The notes under the pieces: model-generated
Databases searched by the model: none
What the model was told of the DNA's origin: nothing
The model's input: only the letters and a program-made list of their open reading frames with translations
From: an uncultured Gemmatimonadota bacterium
GTDB lineage: Bacteria > Gemmatimonadota > Gemmatimonadetes > Palauibacterales > Palauibacteraceae
DNA: 64,000 nucleotides
Assembly (NCBI GenBank): GCA_964465015.1
Contig: CAYXHP010000022.1
Span: 1,704-65,703, forward strand
Reading direction: 5' to 3'
Shown here: piece after piece, positions 46,790 to 54,939 of the stretch
Layout of the letters: the number at the start of each line of letters is the position of its first letter
Numbering within the stretch: the first letter of the stretch is position 1
Translations under genes and position numbers: made by a program

Positions 46790-48634
46790 ATGCCTGGCAT
46801 CTATGGTGTGATGGACCGGTCCAACATGGGCGCCGAGCGGCTGTCGGCGCTCGGAAGCCGAATGGCCGCGGCCCTCCGGACCCAGCCATGGCTCCTCACC
46901 GAGCAGTGGTGCGCCCCGGGCCTGTGCGCAGGACGTGTGCACCTGGGGATCCTCCATTCCGCTCCGCAACCGATCGCCGCGCCCGGAGCCAGCCTCCGTG
47001 CGTGGTTCGACGGCCTCGTGTATCCGGAAGACGAGAAGCGCGGCCGCGCGCCGACCGGCCAGGAGGTGGACGCCTGGCTCCGGGGTGGGGAGACGGCGTT
47101 CGCCGGCGTGGACGGCGAGTACGCCCTGGCGCTGTGGGAGAAGGCGGAGGGGCGCCTCACGCTGGTCACGGACCGACTGGGCTACCGGCCGCTGTACGTG
47201 GCTCAGACCCGGAGCTGGTTCGCGTACGCCTCGGAGGTCAAGGCGATCCTGGCCATCATGGACCGGACGCCTCCCCTCGACCGAGTGGCCCTGCGCCAGT
47301 TCCTGGCCTTCCAGCGAATCTGGGGTCGGCGCACCTGGTGGGAGGGGATCGAGCTCCTCCCCCCGGCGGCCCTCCTGCGAGTGGACCATTCCGGGCGGAG
47401 GGAGCGAAGGTACTGGAGCTTCGACGACATTCGCCGGGAGCCGCGCCCCATCGAGGAGGTGATCCCCGAATTCGTGCGGCTGTGGTCCCGCTCGATCGCG
47501 CGCCGGCGCGGTCGCGGCCCCATGCCTCACCTCCTGAGCGGAGGCCTCGACTCCCGCCTGGTCATGGCGGAGCTCCGGCGCCAGGGGCAGCCGCTCACCG
47601 CCTTCACGTTCGGCGAGCCCGGATGCGCCGACATGAGGATCGCCGCCCGCGCGGCGCGGGTCGCGGGGGTCGAGCACCGCCGGCTGCCGTTCGACGAGGT
47701 GAGCTGGTGGCACGGCCGGGCCACGGGGATCTGGCAGACCGATGGTCACGCCAGCGCCGTCGACCTGCACGCCGTGCGCGCGGCCGACGCTCTCCGCATG
47801 GGCTGCCGGCAGACCATAAAGCACGGTGTCGGAAACAACCTGCCGGGCGGGCTTCTGCCGCTGAAGTACGATCTGGGCGGCTGGCCTTCCACGGGCGAGT
47901 ACGAGGCCCGGATCCGATTCCACGACAATCCCTTCATCTGCGAAGAGGAGGCGGTCGAAGCGAGCGGCCCCGACATCGAGCCCGTGATCGATGGGCCGAG
48001 CCCGGTGGCGGTCGCCCTGCTGGCCAGCGCCCGGCGCAAGACGCTACCCGGCTGCTACGCCCTCATGGCCCACTGTGAGGTGCTGATCCCGGGGATCGAC
48101 CTGGAGATCCTCCGCCTCCTGGTCGGCGGCCTCACGGACGAGCAGCGACACCACGGAGGCTTCTACAGGCCCTTCCTCACCTCGCGGTATCCCGAGTACT
48201 TTCGGGACATTCCCTGGCAGCAGACCGGTCGGGGGCTGGACGAGAGCTGGCCGGTCGAGCAGGCGCGGGAGTGGGTGCGACGCATCGGCCGCAAGCTAGG
48301 GCGACCCGTGGGCAGGCCCGCCTACTTCGCGGACTACGACCGGCTCGTGGCCAGCTCGGCGCCGCTGCGCTGGCTGAGGGGCCAGGAGCTGCTCACCGAC
48401 CACTACATGGACGGTGCGGCGAGCCGATACCTGGAGAACGTGCCCGGTGAGAAGGGCTGGAGCAGGCACGCTCTCACGCTCCTCACGATCGAGACCTACC
48501 TTCGGCAGGTGGAGGGGAGACCGACGGCGGCCGCAGAGCGGCCAGCCGGGCGCGAGCTCCCGGTCCCGGCGGAGCGGCGCCCGACGCGAGGCGTGGCGGT
48601 GTCGCGGGCGGCAAGTGCCGAGGCGAGAGCGTGA
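46790..48634 (+). CDS. Asparagine-synthase-family protein lacking the N-terminal catalytic Cys (second exosortase-associated amidotransferase homolog).
   Basis: RBS AGGGAGG then ATG 46790. Starts MPGIYG rather than MCG. Synthetase-domain PP-loop LSGGLDSRLV. Collinear with the AsnB fold. Confidence 0.75.
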   Translation: MPGIYGVMDRSNMGAERLSALGSRMAAALRTQPWLLTEQWCAPGLCAGRVHLGILHSAPQPIAAPGASLRAWFDGLVYPEDEKRGRAPTGQEVDAWLRGGETAFAGVDGEYALALWEKAEGRLTLVTDRLGYRPLYVAQTRSWFAYASEVKAILAIMDRTPPLDRVALRQFLAFQRIWGRRTWWEGIELLPPAALLRVDHSGRRERRYWSFDDIRREPRPIEEVIPEFVRLWSRSIARRRGRGPMPHLLSGGLDSRLVMAELRRQGQPLTAFTFGEPGCADMRIAARAARVAGVEHRRLPFDEVSWWHGRATGIWQTDGHASAVDLHAVRAADALRMGCRQTIKHGVGNNLPGGLLPLKYDLGGWPSTGEYEARIRFHDNPFICEEEAVEASGPDIEPVIDGPSPVAVALLASARRKTLPGCYALMAHCEVLIPGIDLEILRLLVGGLTDEQRHHGGFYRPFLTSRYPEYFRDIPWQQTGRGLDESWPVEQAREWVRRIGRKLGRPVGRPAYFADYDRLVASSAPLRWLRGQELLTDHYMDGAASRYLENVPGEKGWSRHALTLLTIETYLRQVEGRPTAAAERPAGRELPVPAERRPTRGVAVSRAASAEARA

Positions 48635-49731
48635 AGGAGGTCGCGAAGCGACTGATGGTCCGCTCGGCGAGCCTGCCCGGCCTGGGGAGCTCGCTTCGAT
48701 CGCTGCTCCGGGGCCGGGCCACGGTGTTCATGCTCCATCGGTTCCGGGTGCCGGGACTCGGGGTTGCCGGCCACGATCCCCGGCATCTGCGGTCCACCCT
48801 CGCCTTGCTGCGAAGAGAGGGGTACGAGCTTCTACCGCTCGAGGAGCTATTCCGGCGGTTGATCGCCGACGATGAGAGGCTCGCCGGTGCGGTGGCCTTC
48901 ACGCTGGACGACGGGTACGCCGAGCAGGCGAGCGTCGCCGGGGCCATCTTCGCGGAGTTCGATTGTCCGTCCACGACCTTCCTCACCTCCGGCTTCCTAG
49001 ACCGGCAGGTGTGGATGTGGTGGGATCAGATCGATTTCGTCGTGCAGGGGGCACTCGAGGAGCGCATCCCGGTCCTGATGCGGACGGTGCCCGATCTTCC
49101 GCCACCGGAGGGCGGTTGGACACGATACGCGGCTCGGGAGGCCCTGACGGCATGGTGCAAGACGCTCCCGGACGACGAAATGCGATCGACCGTGCGAGAG
49201 GTAGCTGCGGTCGCCGCCGTGGACCTTCCTGAGGAGGCACCGACCCGATATGCGCCAATGACGTGGGCCGAGGCGCGCCGGTGGGAGACTCGCGGCATGA
49301 CCTTCGGACCGCATACCGTGACGCACCCGATCCTGTCCCGTACCGTGGACCGGCAGTCGGCATGGGAGCTGGACCAGTCCTGGCGGAGATTGATGGAGGA
49401 GCTCGAGAAGCCCGTGCCGATCTTCTGCTATCCGAATGGGCAGGCGGATGACTTCGGCGAGCGCGAGATCGAGACCCTGCGATCCCTGGAGCTTCTGGGA
49501 GCGGTCTCGGGACGGAGCGGGTACGCCGCCAGCCGGACGCGGTCTTCGCGCGAGCGGTGGAACTTCGAAGTGCCGCGCTTTTCGTGGCCCGAGTCGACCA
49601 CCGACATGCTCCAGTACGTGACCGGCATCGAGCGGTTGAAGGAACTCATCCGAGGAGAGGACAGGCATGCGGCGACGGGCGTGGAGCGGTCGACGGCGGA
49701 TGATTTCTGGCTCGGCGCCGGGAGGGCTTGA
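48631..49731 (+). CDS. Polysaccharide deacetylase (NodB/CE4 family).
   Basis: GTG 48631 overlaps the upstream stop (GTGA). NodB motif 1 AFTLDDGY ... FGPHTVTHPIL (motif with His). Confidence 0.75.
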   Translation: MKEVAKRLMVRSASLPGLGSSLRSLLRGRATVFMLHRFRVPGLGVAGHDPRHLRSTLALLRREGYELLPLEELFRRLIADDERLAGAVAFTLDDGYAEQASVAGAIFAEFDCPSTTFLTSGFLDRQVWMWWDQIDFVVQGALEERIPVLMRTVPDLPPPEGGWTRYAAREALTAWCKTLPDDEMRSTVREVAAVAAVDLPEEAPTRYAPMTWAEARRWETRGMTFGPHTVTHPILSRTVDRQSAWELDQSWRRLMEELEKPVPIFCYPNGQADDFGEREIETLRSLELLGAVSGRSGYAASRTRSSRERWNFEVPRFSWPESTTDMLQYVTGIERLKELIRGEDRHAATGVERSTADDFWLGAGRA

Positions 49732-49734
49732 GTC

Positions 49735-50358
49735 GTGAGCCTCCTCGGATCGCTCCGCAGGAGGTTCGAGGAGGCGCGCACGCGTCGGCGCTGGGACCAG
49801 CTCCGCGCTCTCGGCATGAAGATCGGCGCCGACGTGTACCTTCCGGCCTCCACGCACATCGACGCCAGTCACTGCCATCTGATCAGCATCGGCGACCATT
49901 GCGGCTTCGGCCCCGAGTGCCTGATCCTGGCCCATGACGCCCAGATGGACGAGTTCCTGGATGCGGCGCGCATCGGCCACGTAACGATCCACCCCTCCTG
50001 CCACATCGGGGCCCGCACGGTCATCCTCGCGGGCGTCGAGATCGGGCCTAGGACGCTGGTCGGAGCCAACTCCGTCGTCACCTCCACGCTCCCGCCCGAG
50101 ACCGTCTGCGCGGGGAATCCGGCCCGGGTGCTGTGCTCGCTGGACGAGTACCTGGAGCGCCACCGCCGGGCTATCCAGTCCGGTCCCAGGTTCGAGTACG
50201 AGCTCTACGACATCCGGGCGCTGACCCCCGAGCGCCGGCGGGAGCTCGTGGAAGCGTGTGCCCGGGGCGACACCTACATGGTGGGAGGACGCTCCGCCGA
50301 GCTCCGCGGCGAAGGTGGGTCGCTACGCACGGCGTCGGAGGGTGAGTCGGCGCCGTAG
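49735..50358 (+). CDS. Left-handed beta-helix (hexapeptide-repeat) acetyltransferase.
   Basis: GTG 49735. Hexapeptide repeats IGDHCGFGPECLILAHD ... IGARTVILAGVEIGPRTLVGANSVV. Confidence 0.75.
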   Translation: MSLLGSLRRRFEEARTRRRWDQLRALGMKIGADVYLPASTHIDASHCHLISIGDHCGFGPECLILAHDAQMDEFLDAARIGHVTIHPSCHIGARTVILAGVEIGPRTLVGANSVVTSTLPPETVCAGNPARVLCSLDEYLERHRRAIQSGPRFEYELYDIRALTPERRRELVEACARGDTYMVGGRSAELRGEGGSLRTASEGESAP

Positions 50359-50514
50359 TCCCCGGAGTCGCGTCCTGAAACAATTTGTCAACATGCGAAG
50401 CCATTGCATGGGACGGGTTTCCGTGCAGAAGTGGAACTCGTTGCCGTAAAACGAGATGGTGCGAGGCATGGTGCTCGCATAAAAGGAAAAGCGCGCGGGT
50501 AGATAGCGCACGTC

Positions 50515-50612
50515 CACCGAACAAGTGAGGCAAACCCGGCGAAAGCCGGGGACGCAAAGTCACGGGGCTGTAGCGGCGAGGTCGCCGCCACGTCGGCCGG
50601 GCTGCCGGTGGG
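50515..50612 (+). promoter_or_regulatory. c-di-GMP-I (GEMM) riboswitch-like element, copy 1, in the leader of a Big_2 lipoprotein gene.
   Basis: AGGCAAACC-CGGC-GAAA-GCCG-GGGACGCAAAGUCACGGGGCU ... matches the GEMM core (GGCAAACC, a GNRA-capped hairpin, GGGACGCAAAGYC). Closing P1 is CCACCG ... CGGUGG. A second hairpin GCGGCGAGGUCGCCGC. Located in a 390-bp non-coding, lower-GC gap. Confidence 0.65.
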
Positions 50613-50809
50613 TCGTCGAGGTCCGGAGCCAAAGCTCCGGCTTCAGGCCGGGATGAGACGGCGAGCGACCGGTGGACGAGATGAAGGCGGGAGCCCCGGT
50701 GGGGCACCGCGCGATCGTTCACCGAGAACTCGGAGACTCACCCGTGAGCACCTACTCGCTTGCCCCCGTCGACGGCGGGGCGTCCACGAGCTCCCGGATC
50801 CACCCCGGT

Positions 50810-51445
50810 GTGGCGCGAGCCACTGCCGGCATCCTCCTCGCCGGAGTCGCGCTCGTTCTCGGAGCCTGTGCCAACAATCCCGCAGCCCCCGCGGACACGT
50901 CCACGAGCGGTGCGGCCACCGTCGTGTCCGTCCAGCTCAGCCCCTCCCCACTGAGCCTCATGGCGTCCCAATCGACCGGCTTGAGCGCGATGGCCAAGGA
51001 CGCGTATGGCAATCCCGTCACGGTGCAGCTGACGTGGAGCAGCTCGGACTCCAGTGTAGCCACCGTGGACAATGAGGGCACCGTGACCGGCATCACGGCC
51101 GGCGACGTCACCATCCAGGCCGCGGTCGGCGGGGTGACCGGGTCGGCCGATGTGACGGTCCAAGCCGACACCACGGGCGGCTCCTCCTCCCAGGCTCCGG
51201 TCGCAAGTGTCGCCGTGTCACCGTCGGCGGACACGCTCGCGGCGGGCGATTCCGTCAACCTCACCGCCACCCCCACAGACGCCTCGGGCAACACCGTCTA
51301 TGGCGTGCCCATCGGCTGGTCCAGCTCGGACACGGCCGTCGCGACGGTCAGCGGAGGTGAGGTCCATGCCCTGAAGGCGGGAAGCGTCACGATCTCGGCC
51401 GTGGCCGACAGCGTAACCGGGACGGCGACGATTCTCGTCCACTAG
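50810..51445 (+). CDS. Secreted lipoprotein with two bacterial Ig-like (Big_2) domains.
   Basis: Lipoprotein signal VARATAGILLAGVALVLGAC (lipobox LGAC) followed by two Big_2 repeats (VQLSPSPLSL ... GTVTGITAGDVTIQA; VAVSPSADTL ... ALKAGSVTISAV). The start is uncertain: ATG 50672 and GTG 50744 are in frame upstream. Confidence 0.65.
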   Translation: MARATAGILLAGVALVLGACANNPAAPADTSTSGAATVVSVQLSPSPLSLMASQSTGLSAMAKDAYGNPVTVQLTWSSSDSSVATVDNEGTVTGITAGDVTIQAAVGGVTGSADVTVQADTTGGSSSQAPVASVAVSPSADTLAAGDSVNLTATPTDASGNTVYGVPIGWSSSDTAVATVSGGEVHALKAGSVTISAVADSVTGTATILVH

Positions 51446-51461
51446 CATTCCATCCGGGGAC

Positions 51462-51488
51462 GGCGGAGCGCGTCTTCCGCGCGCTCCG
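51462..51488 (+). terminator. Rho-independent-type terminator hairpin after the first Big_2 gene.
   Basis: Perfect 11-bp inverted repeat GGCGGAGCGCG-tcttc-CGCGCTCCGCC, 17 nt after the stop codon. There is no U-tract, as is common in high-GC genomes. Confidence 0.5.
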
Positions 51489-51725
51489 CCGCCTCCATTC
51501 CTGCCAACGCCACCCCTCTCCACTTCCCCCGGTCCTCTCCTCCGTCTCCTTCTCTCGACGCCCCCGGGAGCGGTTGAAACCCACCCCTGAAAGATCTTCC
51601 CACCCGGACACTGATTGCAGCATCTGACAGGTCAGAGGCGATTCTAAGTCCTTGACCAACAACACTGTTAGTCAAGGTATGCATCTCGCCTGTGGGTTCG
51701 CCGGACGCGCGAGCATTCGCGTCTG

Positions 51726-51815
51726 TCCGCCGAAAAAGGCAAACCCGGGCGAAAGCCGGGGACGCAAAGCCACGGGGCTACAGCGGTCCAACCGCCATGC
51801 CAGCCGGGCTGCCGA
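51726..51815 (+). promoter_or_regulatory. c-di-GMP-I (GEMM) riboswitch-like element, copy 2, in the leader of the second Big_2 lipoprotein gene.
   Basis: AAAAAGGCAAACCCGGGCGAAAGCCGGGGACGCAAAGCCACGGGGCU ... is nearly identical to the copy-1 core. The downstream blocks GGUCCGGAGCCA and CUUCAGGCCCGG are also shared with copy 1. Confidence 0.65.
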
Positions 51816-52147
51816 GCGGTCGCTGTGGTCCGGAGCCACCGCGCATGTGCTTCAGGCCCGGTTGAGCCGCCGCGTGATCGGATGAAGAGAGTGTGGGCTC
51901 GCTATTGAGCCCGCGAGTCCTATCCCCCGACTCCGGAGCCTGACTCGTGTTCGACGCCCAAGGCGCATCGTGCGCCCACTCCCGAGCTGCATTCGACGCT
52001 GATTCGAATCATTCCCCAGGTCTTGACCGATCCTTCAGGAGCACCCTGCCCGAATCGTGCGAACGTCGCACGGCGGGACCTTCGCCACACGTCGGTGTAC
52101 GCTCTCGGATCCGTAGATGGTTATCGCTACGGCATCTGGGAGGATCG

Positions 52148-54016
52148 ATGGTCGCCTGCTACGTGGCTCTGACGCTCACGGCGTGCGCCAACAATCCAGC
52201 GGCGCCGGGCAGTACCTCATCGCCCGGTCCACTGGTCGAGGTGGCGTCGGTCGATCTCCACCCTGCCTCGATGAGTCTCGAGAGCGGCCAGTCGACCCTT
52301 CTGCAGGCCAGCGTGAAGGACAAGAACGGCAACAACGTCACTGTCAAAGTGGCGTGGTCCACGAGTGACGCGAGCGTCGCCACCGTGGATTCCACCGGCA
52401 CCGTTCGAGCCACCGGCTCGGGCAAGGCCACGATCAAGGCGAGCTCGCACGGGAAAGGTTCTCACACCCGTGTCAAGGTCAGCAGTCCGCCAGTGAGCGG
52501 GAGTCCGACGGACACGTCGTCGACCTCCTCGAGCGGATCGGCTGGAACGGTGGCCACCATCACGCTGACTCCGAGGCTGGACACCCTGGCTGTCTCCGAG
52601 ACGGTCAACCTGACCATGGTCCCGCGGGACGCCAGCGGTCACATCTTGACCGGCATCTCGGTGAGCTGGTCGAGCAGCAACACGTCGGTGGCGACCGTGG
52701 ACGGCGGCCTGGTCACCGCCAAGGGGGCGGGGTCGGCCACGATCACCGCGTATTCGGGCGGGGTCTCGGGCACGTCCTCGATCGTGGTGACTGGTGACGC
52801 CTCGTCGTCGGGTTCCCAGTCCACGGCGTCGGTAGCCATGGTCCAGGTCACGCCGGGCTCGGTCACTCTGGATCCAGGCCAGACCATCGATCTCACGGCC
52901 ACGCCCCTGGACGCATCCGGGAACGTCGTATACGGGGTCGGCGTCACCTGGTCGACCACCAACGCCTCGGTCGCGACGGTGAGCGGCGGCAAGGTGACGG
53001 CCGTGAACGCCGGTTCGGCCAAGATCGTGGCTTTGGCTGGCGGGATGTCCGGTTCGGCGAGCGTGACCGTGAACGATCCCCCGGTCTCGGCGGCACCGAC
53101 GCCCTCCGGAGACGCTTTGCTGAATGGGTGCACGGTCAGCGAGTCGAACAACACACCATCTTGCTCAACGCCTTCGGGCTGGACGCTCATCGCGAAGGAG
53201 GGCTTCGGCGGCGGCAGTGTCCATCAAGGCGAGATCGACACGGGCCAGTACGGGCCCGCCATCGACTGCGGCTTCAGCCACACCGGAAGCTGCTCGCTCC
53301 GGCAGGACATTTCTGGCGACGGCGGCTCCTACCGAAACTGGCACATCAAGAAGGGCACGATCGGATCGCGACACGAGATCTACGTCTCCTACTGGGAATA
53401 CCTGACGACGGGTGCCACCGAGCAGGTGAACTTCTTCATGGTTCTCGCCGACAACCAGGGTAGCCATACGGCCAACTCGCCCTACGAGTACGTCCTGCAG
53501 GATCGCTGGGGCGATGTGTCGACGAGTGCCAACTCGACCACTTGCAAGAACGGCGTGGGTCCGTACAACAACTACAAGTGCCAGAGCGGCCACCTGGTCG
53601 TCGAATCGGTGTGCGCCCCCTGCACCAACAACATCGCCCGGTCCTACTACGGCAACTGGCGTGACATGGCCGTCGGCAAGTGGGTTCACTTCGAGTGGCA
53701 CTACAAGGCCAACACTCAGAACGGTGCCGGCGGGAACGCGGACGGAGAGATCCAGCTCTTCGTAAACGGCGTCTCCGAGCTGCACAAGACGGGCGTCGTC
53801 ATCAACGGCCCCAACGACATGACCGGCATGTACGTACAGGTGGGCGGTTACTACATGGCCCGCTGGTGGACGAACTCCGCCGGCAACACCTGCTCGGCCG
53901 TGGATGCCGCGGGTGCGGTCTATCACTTCGGGCAGTTCACGCAGTTCAACCCGCCCTGCCCGCAGCCGTCGAGCTTCAAGCGTTACATGGACGACATCAT
54001 CGTCCTGGCGAGGTGA
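52148..54016 (+). CDS. Secreted lipoprotein with three Big_2 domains and a ~300-aa Cys-rich C-terminal domain of unknown function (possible carbohydrate-active or binding jelly-roll domain).
   Basis: RBS GGGAGGA then ATG 52148. Signal MVACYVALTLTAC. Three Big_2 repeats. The C-terminal region has about 14 Cys (GCTVSESNNTPSCS, CKNGVGPYNNYKCQSGHLVVESVCAPC, PPCPQP). The upstream 67 codons of ORF 51947.. have low GC3. Confidence 0.75.
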   Translation: MVACYVALTLTACANNPAAPGSTSSPGPLVEVASVDLHPASMSLESGQSTLLQASVKDKNGNNVTVKVAWSTSDASVATVDSTGTVRATGSGKATIKASSHGKGSHTRVKVSSPPVSGSPTDTSSTSSSGSAGTVATITLTPRLDTLAVSETVNLTMVPRDASGHILTGISVSWSSSNTSVATVDGGLVTAKGAGSATITAYSGGVSGTSSIVVTGDASSSGSQSTASVAMVQVTPGSVTLDPGQTIDLTATPLDASGNVVYGVGVTWSTTNASVATVSGGKVTAVNAGSAKIVALAGGMSGSASVTVNDPPVSAAPTPSGDALLNGCTVSESNNTPSCSTPSGWTLIAKEGFGGGSVHQGEIDTGQYGPAIDCGFSHTGSCSLRQDISGDGGSYRNWHIKKGTIGSRHEIYVSYWEYLTTGATEQVNFFMVLADNQGSHTANSPYEYVLQDRWGDVSTSANSTTCKNGVGPYNNYKCQSGHLVVESVCAPCTNNIARSYYGNWRDMAVGKWVHFEWHYKANTQNGAGGNADGEIQLFVNGVSELHKTGVVINGPNDMTGMYVQVGGYYMARWWTNSAGNTCSAVDAAGAVYHFGQFTQFNPPCPQPSSFKRYMDDIIVLAR

Positions 54017-54939
54017 GCCGAGTCATCGCACGAGGCGGAGCAACAGGGACGTGCTCAAGCGCAGATGGGTCGAATGCCCGTTCCCCTTCGGGCCTCTTCG
54101 GCACCTCGGGATGAGAGTCGGTGAGGGAGGCATGCGGCGCGGAAGGAATCGGGCACCCGGCCGCACGGTTGCGGTGCCCGCCTTCCGCGCCTCCCCGCCA
54201 CGGAGGCGCGGGGGGGGCTGTGAGCTTCCCCCGATCCCTGGGCCCCGACGGGATGGTTCGGAAGAGTATGGCGCGATGCCGAGCTGTCCGGGCAAGGGAT
54301 GGGCGGGCGTTCTCGCGGTTGATGGCATGGCCGGAGAGCTCGAGCTCAGGATCGTAACTACCCTCACGGCCGCGGCCGACTCTCCGTCCGGAGCCGTTCT
54401 TCGGACCGTGCGGCTCGTGTCCCATGCAGTCCACGAACCGTTTCCAGTCGGAGCCGCGGGCTCTGCCCGATCGGGTCGACCGGCAGGCCACCCTCGTGCG
54501 CTGCCCACCTGCCATGAAGCCTTCCAACCACACTCGACCGGGGAACGGGACCGACGCGATGCTTGCGAGGCCGAATCTGTCCTCTCCCAGCCGGTCCTGT
54601 AGCGACTCCAACATCATGAAGTCACGGAACGCCCAGGCGTAGGCCGGGGGTGCACGGCTGCGGATCCCCGCTGGCACGGTGCAGCCGGGCTCGGCCGGCC
54701 ACCGCTCGTCGCTGCGATGAGAAGAGCGCCGCGCTTGCGCTTCACCCCCCGTCGAGGCGCTCTCTGATCCACCGACGAACGGCGGAGTTCCGCATTCTCG
54801 ACGAGTCATCGGCCGCCGCGTACCTTCTGTCGAGGTCTACGGCCCTCCCGATCTCACGAGATTCGCGACCGTGGCTTGCGATGGGGGCCGATCTGGTGTC
54901 TGAGACATTCGCTCGACCGGTTTCACACCGCGGGGTTCT

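Noticed and set aside
50485-50515. tRNA-like impression from gcgcgggtagatagcgcacg.
   Set aside because: No T-arm GGTTCGA-type motif or cloverleaf. It lies in the riboswitch leader.
50672-50809. Upstream in-frame starts (ATG 50672, GTG 50744) for the first Big_2 lipoprotein.
   Set aside because: They would give a 25-45-aa N-region before the lipobox and would sit inside or against the conserved riboswitch platform. By analogy with copy 2 the gene most likely starts at the signal peptide (50810). Not excluded, though: GC3 there is coding-like.
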